From contig JAYFMW010000006.1 of assembly GCA_042408215.1 (NCBI GenBank), positions 896,001 through 960,000 of the forward strand: a stretch of 64,000 nt of DNA. Reading direction: 5' to 3'. This DNA is from Microcoleus sp. (lineage in GTDB: Bacteria; Cyanobacteriota; Cyanobacteriia; Cyanobacteriales; Microcoleaceae). Each line of letters starts with the position of its first letter. Position 1 is the stretch's first letter. The notes beneath the pieces were generated by a model. The model did no database searches and was not told where the DNA came from. It worked only from the letters and a program-made list of their open reading frames with translations. This document shows, piece by piece, positions 32,489 through 42,008 of this stretch. The translations under genes were made by a program, and so were the position numbers.

Positions 32489-32900
32489 TCATTAGTCAGT
32501 AGTCAGTAGTCATTAGTGATTAGTCATTAGTCAGTAGTCATTAGTGATTAGTCATTAGTGATTAGTCATTAGTGATTAGTCATTAGTCAGTAGTCATTAG
32601 TCAGTAGTCAGTAGTCATTAGTGATTAGTCAGTAGTCATTAGTGATTAGTGATTAGTCATTAGTCATTAGTGATTAGTCATTAGTGATTAGTCATTAGTG
32701 ATTAGTCATTAGTGATTAGTCATTAGTGATTAGTCATTAGTGATTAGTCATTAGTGATTAGTCATTAGTGATTAGTCATTAGTCAGTAGTCAGTAGTCAG
32801 TAGTCAGTAGTCAGTAGTCAGTAGTCAGTAGTCAGTAGTCAGTAGTGATTAGTCAGTAGTCAGTAGTCATTGGTCATGAGTCATTAGTCATTAGTCAGTA
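32485..32900. repeat. Heptameric STRR tract (TAGTCAT/TAGTGAT/TAGTCAG)
   Basis: About 58 tandem heptamers. Confidence 0.95.
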
Positions 32901-33012
32901 TTTTTATTGAATTCAGCCTTCAGCATAAATACTTTCTGCCTTCTGCCTTCGGGAGGCATGAGTTCTGGGCTAATGACTAATGACTGAGGACTTTTACCTA
33001 CAATCGATAAAT

Positions 33013-35673
33013 TTAAGGCCGAAATCCCCGACGCAGTAGCAAAGAATTGGTAACAACACTAACAGAACTAAACGCCATAAATGCACCCGCAGCCGCAGGG
33101 CTGAGTAAAATTCCAGTTGCGGGGAGTAAAAAGCCGGCGGCCACCGGAATTCCGAGAGTATTGTAACCAAAAGCCCAAAATAGATTTTGGCGAATCTTAT
33201 TAAAAGTAGCGCGACTAAGTTCGATCGCCTCAACAACATCCATTAGAGCATTTCGCATCAGCACAATTTGAGCAGTTTCAACAGCTACATCAGTCCCACC
33301 GTGCAGCCCGATACCCACATCTGCTTGAGCCAAAGCCGGGGCATCATTAATTCCATCTCCCACCATCGCCACTTTTCGGCCTTGGGCTTGCAAAGCTGCG
33401 ATCGCCCTAGTCTTCCCGGACGGTCGAACTTGGGCCAAAACATCCGTCGTCGGCAAATCTAACTGTCTGGCGATCGCATCCGCCGCTTCGGGCCTGTCCC
33501 CCGTCAGCATCATCACCCGCAATCCCATACCCCGCAAACGCTCCACCGTCGCCTTAGCATCCGGTCTGAGAGTATCTTTTAGCCCGATTACCCCCAGCAA
33601 AACGCCCTCACAAGCCACGTAAACCGCCGTTTTGCCTTTGCAAGACCCCAACAACTGCGTTGCAATAGCGACCCCCTGCTGCGTCATCCACTCAGCATTC
33701 CCCGCGAACACCCGCCGGCCTTCCACCAAAGCCGAAACCCCTAATCCCGGTTCCGTGTAGAAATCCTCAGCAGCTAGCAGCGGCAAAGCTTGTTTTTCGG
33801 CTTCCAGCAAAATCGCTGCGGCGATGGGATGACAAGAACCCATTTCCACCGCAGCCGCAATTTGCAGCAATTTTGAGTCAATTGTGGAACAGGCATCTTG
33901 CCTGTTTCCAGAAATGTCATCAACTGTGGAACAGGCATCTTGCCTGTTGTTGCTAACATCAATTGTAGAACAGGCATCTTGCCTGTTGCTAACATTAATC
34001 TCTGATGTCAGATGCAGATCGGAATTCTCAAAAATCGGCAAATAATCTGTGAGTGTAAGATGTCCCGTAGTCAAAGTACCAGTTTTGTCAAAAACCACCG
34101 TATCTAATTGATGCACCCGTTCTAAAACATCACCACCGCGAATTAAAAGTCCCCGCTCCGCGCCGATACCAGAACCCACTAAAATTGCAGTTGGGGTAGC
34201 CAGTCCCAAAGCACAAGGACAAGCAATGACTAAAACTGCGATCGCCAATTTCAAACTTAATAATAAAGCAGATTGGGAATGAGTAATTGGGAATGGGAAT
34301 GGGTAATTGGGAATTGGGAATTGGGAATTGGGAATTAATTGATCTCCCATGCCCCATGCCCCATGCCCCATGCCCATTGCCCCATGCCCCATGCCCATTG
34401 CCCCATGTCCCATGTTAATTGCCCCATGCCCCAAAAGCACGGATGGCCAAATATGAGTTCCGGCAAAATACCAAAATAGAAAAGTTAAAGCCGATATCGC
34501 CATTACCCCATACACAAAATATCCCGCGACAGTATCGGCTAAATTTTGAATCGGCGCTTTTCGAGTTTGGGCTGCTTCCACCAAAGCCACCATTTGAGCT
34601 ACAGTTGTTTCCTTGCCGGTGCGAGTTGCCTGGATCACAATCGCCCCGGATTGATTGATAGTTCCCGCCGCGACTGCATCTCCTTTTTGCTTCAAAACAG
34701 GCATGGATTCGCCAGTCAACATCGACTCGTCTATTGTTGTTTTACCTTGGCAAACTTCGCCGTCTACCGGAATTTTGTCCCCTGGCAAAACTTGCAGCCA
34801 TTCTCCGACTCGGACGCGATCGGCTGGAATTTCAATGTATTGTGAATTGTAGACTGAAGATGTCGAGTTCTGAGGCAATTCTTCCGAGCCCAAATCTAAA
34901 ATTTCCAACTTAAAATCAACTAAGCGGGCAGTAGCCGGTTGCAATGCGATTAAAGCTTGCAGGGCTGATGCGGCACGGCGTCTAGCTTGCTGTTCGAGAG
35001 TTTTTCCCAATAAAATAAAGCCGAGAAGCATCACCGGTTCGTCAAAAAAGCACTCCCATCCCATCTGGGGAAACAGCAGCGCCACGTTGCTAGCGGTGTA
35101 AGCTGTGACAGCGCCTAAAGCTACGAGAGTATTCATATTGGGTGCATTTCGCCACAAACTGCGGCACCCGTCAACGATAATTGGGCGTCCAGGTAGCAGC
35201 AAAGCTAGGGTAGCGAGTCCCCAGTGAAACCAAATATTGCTTAAAATTGGGGCTTCCCGGCCCAATACGTGACCTAAACCGGAGAGAATAATTAAGATTA
35301 GGGCGATCGTCAATTGTCTTATTTGCTGTCGAATTTCTTGCTGTCGCCTTTCAATTGCCGCCGCCTCTACTTCCCGCTGATTTCCACCACAGCGAGACTG
35401 ACTGGGAAATCCATTATCAGTCAATTTTTTTGCTAAAGCTTCAGCATCGACGGCCCCCGGTTGGCACTCAACCGTTGCTACTTCCACAGCTAAGTTAACG
35501 CAAGCTGAAATTACCCCTGAGTATTGCATTAGCTGGCGTTCAACTGCCTTGGCGCAGCCTGCACACTTCATGCCGCCGACATCGAAAGTCACAATTTCAG
35601 GCGGCGGGGATTCTTTCACTGGTATGATTATTTCTGATTGAATTTCGGGGATTGTTTTGGGAATAAATTGCAT
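33013..35673 (-). CDS. Cu-transporting P1B-type ATPase (CtaA-like)
   Basis: GMKCAGC HMA, TGES, CPCALGLATP, DKTGTLT, HP, GDGINDAP, YN and MAFSS motifs. Confidence 0.92.
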   Translation of the reverse strand: MQFIPKTIPEIQSEIIIPVKESPPPEIVTFDVGGMKCAGCAKAVERQLMQYSGVISACVNLAVEVATVECQPGAVDAEALAKKLTDNGFPSQSRCGGNQREVEAAAIERRQQEIRQQIRQLTIALILIILSGLGHVLGREAPILSNIWFHWGLATLALLLPGRPIIVDGCRSLWRNAPNMNTLVALGAVTAYTASNVALLFPQMGWECFFDEPVMLLGFILLGKTLEQQARRRAASALQALIALQPATARLVDFKLEILDLGSEELPQNSTSSVYNSQYIEIPADRVRVGEWLQVLPGDKIPVDGEVCQGKTTIDESMLTGESMPVLKQKGDAVAAGTINQSGAIVIQATRTGKETTVAQMVALVEAAQTRKAPIQNLADTVAGYFVYGVMAISALTFLFWYFAGTHIWPSVLLGHGAINMGHGAMGMGHGAMGMGHGAWGMGDQLIPNSQFPIPNYPFPFPITHSQSALLLSLKLAIAVLVIACPCALGLATPTAILVGSGIGAERGLLIRGGDVLERVHQLDTVVFDKTGTLTTGHLTLTDYLPIFENSDLHLTSEINVSNRQDACSTIDVSNNRQDACSTVDDISGNRQDACSTIDSKLLQIAAAVEMGSCHPIAAAILLEAEKQALPLLAAEDFYTEPGLGVSALVEGRRVFAGNAEWMTQQGVAIATQLLGSCKGKTAVYVACEGVLLGVIGLKDTLRPDAKATVERLRGMGLRVMMLTGDRPEAADAIARQLDLPTTDVLAQVRPSGKTRAIAALQAQGRKVAMVGDGINDAPALAQADVGIGLHGGTDVAVETAQIVLMRNALMDVVEAIELSRATFNKIRQNLFWAFGYNTLGIPVAAGFLLPATGILLSPAAAGAFMAFSSVSVVTNSLLLRRGFRP

Positions 35674-35881
35674 GGGGATTTTTCTGGAATGATTACAATA
35701 TCTCGGAATTTGTCAAAGTTTTGTCACAGTGTTTAATGCACTCGACAAATGTCTCTATTTTGAGAATAAACAAAATTTTTGCCATCTCCCGAAAGTGTTA
35801 GCTTTTTTTAAGCCTTGGCACTTTTGAGTGGGGAAGTATAGATTACCTAAGATTTCAAAAAATATACCTTAATAGAAGCTT

Positions 35882-37186
35882 TCAAACTATTTTATTAATG
35901 GCCGGCTCTTGCACTGAATCGCAATTTTTTAATAGGGACAATCCGAAGAAAATTCGCAAACCCCAAATTTCAAACCAAGGCAAACCCCATCCCAATTTCA
36001 TCTTGAGGATAAAATACTTTTCAAATGCTGCTTTTGCCCAGTTTACCCAGCGTCCTTGCAAAGCATAAGAGTAACGCCGTTTACCTGTTTTTGGATCTGG
36101 TAAAACGGGGGCGGCAACATAGACAATGCCCGTATCGCCAAATTCAGCAAAACAAATCGCTTCCAAAGTTGGTGTTTTCCAACTATTTGCGATCGCACCT
36201 AATCTCACCCCAATATTGTTAGTCACGGCTAATCCCATTGCTTCCGTCATTTGTCCAGTTTTGGGTAATCCCAGCCCAGAGATTGCTTTGTTGTCGGGCA
36301 ATTCCACGCTGACACCAAGGGCATAAACTGAGGAAAATTGAGGATGTTCGTAGGTAGGTAATACGGGAATAAACCCTTTTTCATTTCCCAATCCAGGTAC
36401 TTTTTGGATAAAATCTACTCCTCGAAAAGCTGGCAGAATCATGGCATATTCAAAGGGAAGTTTTCGCCCATCAGCAAGCGCGATCGCTTCGGCATCAACT
36501 GAGGTAATTTGAGCGTTAGTTATTGCCTGAATTCCTCTTTTTTTCATCAGGTTTTCCGTGAATTCTTGAGAGTTACTTAATCCATCTAAACCTAAATGTC
36601 CCAGATAAGGTTCTGGTGTCACAAAAGTAATTGATACTTGCTCTCGCAAACCTCTGCGCCGCAACTCCCACTCTGCCATAAATAAAAACTCATAAGCTGG
36701 CCCAAAACAACTCACTCCTGCCATTGCTCCTACCACTAAATGACGGGGATTGTCTAAGAATTTTAGCCATGCTGTTCGCGCTTCTAAAGCATGATGGGGA
36801 GAGCAAACTGAGTGCGTATAACCCCCCTCTGGCCCAAGTCCGGGGACAGCATCAAATGCAAAAGAAGCACCTGTGGCGATCGCCACATAATCATAATCAA
36901 TAATCCGATTTTCTGCAACAGTGATGCGTTTAGTTTCAGGGTCAAAATCTGTGATTTTTCCTAGTATCCATTCAATCCCGTGTCGCTGAGTTAATTCAGG
37001 TACCTTTAATTGAATGTCTTCTAGGGGGTTAAGATTCAGCGCTACCCGGACCAACCCAGGAATAAAAGTAAATTCGGGGCGATCGGAAATTAACGTCACC
37101 TGATGTTCCTTCGGCAGCAGATGTCGCAGTTCGTAAGCAGTGGGAAGTCCCCCCAATCCCGCGCCAATTACAACCACTTTTGCCAT
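35882..37186 (-). CDS. sqr: Sulfide:quinone oxidoreductase, type I-like
   Basis: GAGLGGLPTAYELRH, HSVC, SCFGPAYEF, PKTGQMTE, AICFAEFGD, with three conserved Cys. Confidence 0.88.
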   Translation of the reverse strand: MAKVVVIGAGLGGLPTAYELRHLLPKEHQVTLISDRPEFTFIPGLVRVALNLNPLEDIQLKVPELTQRHGIEWILGKITDFDPETKRITVAENRIIDYDYVAIATGASFAFDAVPGLGPEGGYTHSVCSPHHALEARTAWLKFLDNPRHLVVGAMAGVSCFGPAYEFLFMAEWELRRRGLREQVSITFVTPEPYLGHLGLDGLSNSQEFTENLMKKRGIQAITNAQITSVDAEAIALADGRKLPFEYAMILPAFRGVDFIQKVPGLGNEKGFIPVLPTYEHPQFSSVYALGVSVELPDNKAISGLGLPKTGQMTEAMGLAVTNNIGVRLGAIANSWKTPTLEAICFAEFGDTGIVYVAAPVLPDPKTGKRRYSYALQGRWVNWAKAAFEKYFILKMKLGWGLPWFEIWGLRIFFGLSLLKNCDSVQEPAINKIV

Positions 37187-37390
37187 TTTTTTGATTTCCT
37201 TTTTCTGTGCGATGGCAAGCGTCGCAGCTTGCGGATTTTTGTAAAGGTAGTATTCCTTTTTTTGCTTTACTTCATATAATTATGACCTACAAAACGCACA
37301 TTAAACATAAATATGTTGTTGTGCTTTAGCGCTCTAAGGTATTGAGTATTTTTACTTAGTTCACCCCTAAAAATTAATTTTTTAACTTGC

Positions 37391-37419
37391 TTGACAATAT
37401 GACTATGTGGTTATATACT
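37391..37419 (+). promoter_or_regulatory. Sigma70-type promoter for the hdr cluster
   Basis: TTGACA-17 nt-TATACT, 55 nt upstream of the hdrC1 ATG. Confidence 0.65.
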
Positions 37420-37473
37420 GAGCAAATAGGCAACGGGCCTAACCTCAAGTAGCTCAAATAGGGGATATACATA

Positions 37474-38181
37474 ATGGGCAAGCTATTTAACGAGCTTAAA
37501 CAAGACATTTTGTACCAGCACGGCATGAATGCCTGCCTGAATTGCGGCATATGCACAGCAGTTTGTCCAGCGGCAGAGTTTTATGACTACTCTCCCAGAG
37601 AGGTGATGAACATTTGCCAATCTGAAGCTGACGATCTAATAGAAGAGTTACTTAAGTCAGACAAAATTTGGTATTGCGGGCAATGTTTTTCCTGTAAAAC
37701 CAGGTGTCCAAGAGGTAATAATACCGCCAATGTTATTCTGGCATTGCGCCGACTTTCCGTTCGTCACGGTTACTTTGCCGAGTCAGAAAAAGGCAGACAG
37801 CAATTGTTTGCCAAGCGAGTATTTGGGGAAAATATGCTGAAACGAGGTTATACCTTGCTGGCAGAAAATATCACCCCCGCCCACTTCCCAGAACTCGGAG
37901 AAAACTGGGAATACTATTACGAACACATGGCGGAAATGCGCGAATGGTGGGATGTGCCGATGGACTTGAAAAATAGTGCAGGTTCCCACCGAGTTATTCC
38001 TGAAAAAGACATGGAAGAATTGCGGGCAATTTATCAAGCAACCGGGGCGATCGAGTTAATGGATGCCGTAGAAAAAGGCATGGAAAAGAAACTCGGTAGC
38101 AAAGAAGAAGTCGAAAAATTCTGGGAAAACTGGGTAGAAACTGCTGATAGCAGAAACTACGAAATGGACGAAAATAAATAA
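37474..38181 (+). CDS. hdrC: Heterodisulfide reductase subunit C-like (HdrC1)
   Basis: CLNCGICTAVCP...SPR...IWYCGQCFSCKTRCPRG. Confidence 0.85.
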   Translation: MGKLFNELKQDILYQHGMNACLNCGICTAVCPAAEFYDYSPREVMNICQSEADDLIEELLKSDKIWYCGQCFSCKTRCPRGNNTANVILALRRLSVRHGYFAESEKGRQQLFAKRVFGENMLKRGYTLLAENITPAHFPELGENWEYYYEHMAEMREWWDVPMDLKNSAGSHRVIPEKDMEELRAIYQATGAIELMDAVEKGMEKKLGSKEEVEKFWENWVETADSRNYEMDENK

Positions 38182-38192
38182 GGAGAAAAATT

Positions 38193-39104
38193 ATGCAGAC
38201 CGTCAATAGCCTTAGCAATGTAAATAGCAGTCTTGATGCCACAGAAACGGCAGGACTCATCTATATGCGCGAAGAAGAAAAATTAGCGCATGATGTGTAT
38301 GTCACCCTGTACCAGCAGTGGGGATTGTCTACTTTTAACAACATCGCAAATAGCGAAAATCGTCACGAGAATAAGATTGAAACACTGCTCAATAGCTATC
38401 AGATTTCAGATTCAGTAGGTGATAATCCGGTTGGTGTTTTTGTCAATCCAGATTTACAACAATTGTACAACAATCTGGTAGCGCAAGGGAGTCAATCGCT
38501 GACTGAAGCCCTGAAGGTAGGAGTTTTAATTGAGGAGACTGACATTGCCGATTTGCAAACGCGAATTGCCCAAACAGATAACGCAGACATTCAACAAGTA
38601 TATCAACAGCTTTTAAGTGGATCGAATAATCACCTGAGTGCATTTACTTCAAACTTGACTGGCGAAACGGTTAATACCAACTCGTCTAGTTGTCCAACAA
38701 ATCAGACTCAGGGAACAACAACAGATGACACCCTAACTGGGGGGAGATGTAATCAAATGTTAGTTGGGAATCGTGGCGGCGATTTACTGACAGGAGAATT
38801 AGGAAATAATAACGTTGTTCGGGGTGGTGCTAACTCAAGATATAGCACAGATTTTTTGTTAAATTCGCCGAGTCAAATTAACAACTATCAAGTACAGGAA
38901 TTTGAGCAGAATTATCGAAATTTAGATCGGAATTTTGCGGCTCAAAACCTGCCCATTGGCTCATGCAATGCCGGGAGGAGCAGTAACTTATCTACGAACA
39001 ACTTGGGGACAGGCTTTTCTGCCAATCAAACCCAGATTGGTACTCTTAATATGAGGCCGACCAATGATTGTAATACCCAAGGTTTAATTTGCGTTAATTC
39101 CTGA
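38193..39104 (+). CDS. DUF2202 ferritin-like protein with a low-complexity C-terminal tail
   Basis: MREEEKLAHDVY, SENRH, IEETDIADL, SNNHLSAF. Confidence 0.8.
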   Translation: MQTVNSLSNVNSSLDATETAGLIYMREEEKLAHDVYVTLYQQWGLSTFNNIANSENRHENKIETLLNSYQISDSVGDNPVGVFVNPDLQQLYNNLVAQGSQSLTEALKVGVLIEETDIADLQTRIAQTDNADIQQVYQQLLSGSNNHLSAFTSNLTGETVNTNSSSCPTNQTQGTTTDDTLTGGRCNQMLVGNRGGDLLTGELGNNNVVRGGANSRYSTDFLLNSPSQINNYQVQEFEQNYRNLDRNFAAQNLPIGSCNAGRSSNLSTNNLGTGFSANQTQIGTLNMRPTNDCNTQGLICVNS

Positions 39105-39164
39105 ATTAACATCAACATCAACAGAAACTCCGAATCAAAAGACAATAAATAAGGACAAAACATA

Positions 39165-40211
39165 ATGAAAGTAACAAGACAAAATCTGGTTTGGGAAAAA
39201 CACCAAAAGCAGGTTCCAACAGTCGATGATGAAGGCGGCAAATTGTGGGGATGCTTCCGCAGTTGCTTTCTCCAAAGTGCCGCACCATACACCGAAGGGA
39301 TTGCCTATAAAATATTAAAAAACGATTTGGGCATGGACTTGCGGGAAGCACCCGGACATACTTCTTGTGGCGCAATTGGCTATCACGGAGATGTGTCAAA
39401 CCTCGAAACTCAAATGGTAGTTGCAGCGCGGAATTTTTCCGTAGCCCATCACGAATTAGGTGTTGATAATCTCTTCTCATTCTGTGTCACTTCTTTTGCG
39501 AATTACACAGAAATGATCAAACTCTGGGAAGAAGAACCAGAGTTGCGAGAATACACCGAAAAAACCTTAAAAGAAACCACCGGACGAGAATTTTGGGTTC
39601 CCCATGTTTCCGGGGGAAGACCATCTGTTGTTCATGCTTCCGATGTTTTCTATGCCAATCGGTATAAACTAGCCGCCAAAGCGAAATATAGCCTGAAGGG
39701 AATTAAAGCAGTCGATCACATCGGATGTCACTACGGAAAAATCTTTCCGGGTGAAGCAATGGGTGGGGTGGAATTTCCCCAAGTTTTAGTAGGATTACTG
39801 GCAGCTTTTGGTGCAGAAATTGTTGACTATCCAGAAAGAAGACATTGCTGTGGGATGGGTTTTCGCCAGTGTGCTTTTCCCGAAAACAGAGACTACACCG
39901 CAAGTAACGTCTACAAGAAAATGAAAGGTCTCAAAGAAGCGCACCCAGACTGCAATTTGATTCTCACTAACTGTCCCGGATGTACGGTATTTTTGGATGC
40001 TGAACAAGGAACGATTAAAGAAGTTTTGGAAGAAGAATTTAACGTCAGCGTTCTGGATTACGCACAATTGACTGGGTTAATGTTAGGCTATGACCCATTT
40101 AAGGATTGCGGACTGAATGCCAAGGCGGTTGAAATCGAGCCTTTGCTGGATAAAATCGGCATTCCTTACGATAAATCTAAGACTGCTGAACAACGCCGAA
40201 GACCATTTTAA
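39165..40211 (+). CDS. hdrB: Heterodisulfide reductase subunit B-like (HdrB1)
   Basis: CCG-domain motifs RSC, TSCG, HIGCH, HCCGMG, NCPGC. Confidence 0.85.
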   Translation: MKVTRQNLVWEKHQKQVPTVDDEGGKLWGCFRSCFLQSAAPYTEGIAYKILKNDLGMDLREAPGHTSCGAIGYHGDVSNLETQMVVAARNFSVAHHELGVDNLFSFCVTSFANYTEMIKLWEEEPELREYTEKTLKETTGREFWVPHVSGGRPSVVHASDVFYANRYKLAAKAKYSLKGIKAVDHIGCHYGKIFPGEAMGGVEFPQVLVGLLAAFGAEIVDYPERRHCCGMGFRQCAFPENRDYTASNVYKKMKGLKEAHPDCNLILTNCPGCTVFLDAEQGTIKEVLEEEFNVSVLDYAQLTGLMLGYDPFKDCGLNAKAVEIEPLLDKIGIPYDKSKTAEQRRRPF

Positions 40212-40335
40212 GAGGTGAGAAACCGGGTTTCTTCCTGGGCACAAAGTTTTCTGGTAAAACCTAACCATAAACCCGGTTTCTTTTCAACCAATCAAATAAA
40301 CCCGGTTTCTTTAATTAACTATAAAGGTAAAAAAC

Positions 40336-41406
40336 ATGAACAAACAAGTGGTCGTAATTGGTGGTGGTCCTGCTGGTCTAGCAGCGGCTGGAAAACTGCA
40401 AGACTTTGGCTATGATGTAGTTTTAATCGAGAAACAAGCCGAAGTTGGGGGACATTTAAACAAGTGGTATAAAGTGTTTCCTGATTTTACCGATGCTTCA
40501 GAAATTACCGCCAATCTCAAAGCTGGTTTAGGGAATACCAGAATTGTAAATAATGCTACGGTGACAGAGATTAAAGGTTCTGCTCCTAATTTTCAAGTGA
40601 CGGTATCAACGGGAGAAGAAATTGAGGCAGCGGCGATTTTAGTTTCGACAGGATATAAGCATTTTGATGCAACTTTAAAAGAAGAATACGGCTACGGAAT
40701 TTATGATAACTGCATCAATTCGGTAGAACTAGATGCCATGCTGAAGGCACAAAGCGTTAAAACCAGAAAGGGGAAAGTGCCGAAGAAAGTAGCGCTGATT
40801 CATTGCGTGGGTTCTCGTGATGAGAAGGTGGATAATAATTACTGTTCGCGAGTTTGCTGCACGAATGCCATTAAGGTAGGAATTGAGATTAAAGAACAGA
40901 ATCCCGATTGTGAAATTTACTGCCTTTATATGGATATTCGGGTGTTTGGTCGCGGTTATGAGGAACTGTACAGAACTTCTCAACAAGAGTTTGGAGTGCA
41001 GTTTCTTCGGGGTCGGCTTTCTGAAGCGGGTGAGAAAAATGATGGCAGTTTATTGTTGCGGCTAGAAGATACGTTAACGGCAAAACCGATGCGGTTGACG
41101 GTCGATCTTTTGGTTTTGATGGTGGGGATGGAGGGTAATACCGAGTTATCTGACGTGGCCGGTTTAACCTTGGGTTGCGATCGCTTCTATGCCACTGCCC
41201 ATCTGCAATATTCTAACAATCATTCTGCTCGATCGGGTATTTTTCTCGCCGGGGCAGCAACGGGGCCAAAAGCGATTATGGAATCCATTACCGATGGCCG
41301 ATCGGCGGCGGCAGAAATTGCCAGTTTTGTAGCGAGTAATCAAGCAAATTTGGCATCCAACCTGAATGGAAAAGCAGTAACAAAAATGGCAGCATCTCTG
41401 AAGTGA
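40336..41406 (+). CDS. hdrA: Short HdrA-like flavoprotein (FAD plus one 4Fe-4S; no ferredoxin inserts)
   Basis: GGGPAG, EK..VGG, HCVGSRD...YCSRVCC, YMDIR..GRGYEE, GIFLAG..GPK. Confidence 0.88.
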   Translation: MNKQVVVIGGGPAGLAAAGKLQDFGYDVVLIEKQAEVGGHLNKWYKVFPDFTDASEITANLKAGLGNTRIVNNATVTEIKGSAPNFQVTVSTGEEIEAAAILVSTGYKHFDATLKEEYGYGIYDNCINSVELDAMLKAQSVKTRKGKVPKKVALIHCVGSRDEKVDNNYCSRVCCTNAIKVGIEIKEQNPDCEIYCLYMDIRVFGRGYEELYRTSQQEFGVQFLRGRLSEAGEKNDGSLLLRLEDTLTAKPMRLTVDLLVLMVGMEGNTELSDVAGLTLGCDRFYATAHLQYSNNHSARSGIFLAGAATGPKAIMESITDGRSAAAEIASFVASNQANLASNLNGKAVTKMAASLK

Positions 41407-41417
41407 GGTAAACAACA

Positions 41418-42008
41418 ATGGCAACTAAGAATAAGAAAAAATTTGTCTTTGGTCTGAAAGTTGATCGTCAACTCGATGGCGATCAAATGAACTCCGATTT
41501 TATTAAGAAAGTTCTGGCTGAAGGTGGCCAAGGTGCGGCGATCGCGGCTTGTATGCAATGTGGCACTTGTAGCGGTGGCTGTACCAATATTGACCTGATG
41601 GATATGTCCCCCCGAACCCTAATTTTAATGGTGCAAAGAGGGGAATGGGAAAAGGTACTTCAAAGCAATGCTTTGTGGATGTGTAGTTCCTGCTACATCT
41701 GTACCTCTCGATGTCCGCGTGGGGTGCGTCCTTCTGATGTGATTGAAGCGGTAAAAGCACTCGCAATTCGCCAAGGAATCGAGAACGATTCTACCCGATT
41801 CAATCAGATATTTGTCGAGTTAGTTCAGAAACGAGGCATTTTGTTTGAACCGGAATTAATGCACAAATATGGCGGTTTACCAGCCATGATCGAACAAGCA
41901 GAATTGGGAATTAAATTAGCTTTAAAAGGCAAAATGTCACCATTCCCAGAAAACGTAAAAGATCCCAAAAAATTTAGTGAAGCATTAGAAAAGGCAAAAA
42001 AACCATGA
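41418..42008 (+). CDS. hdrC: Heterodisulfide reductase subunit C-like (HdrC2)
   Basis: CMQCGTCSGGC...LWMCSSCYICTSRCPRG. Confidence 0.88.
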   Translation: MATKNKKKFVFGLKVDRQLDGDQMNSDFIKKVLAEGGQGAAIAACMQCGTCSGGCTNIDLMDMSPRTLILMVQRGEWEKVLQSNALWMCSSCYICTSRCPRGVRPSDVIEAVKALAIRQGIENDSTRFNQIFVELVQKRGILFEPELMHKYGGLPAMIEQAELGIKLALKGKMSPFPENVKDPKKFSEALEKAKKP

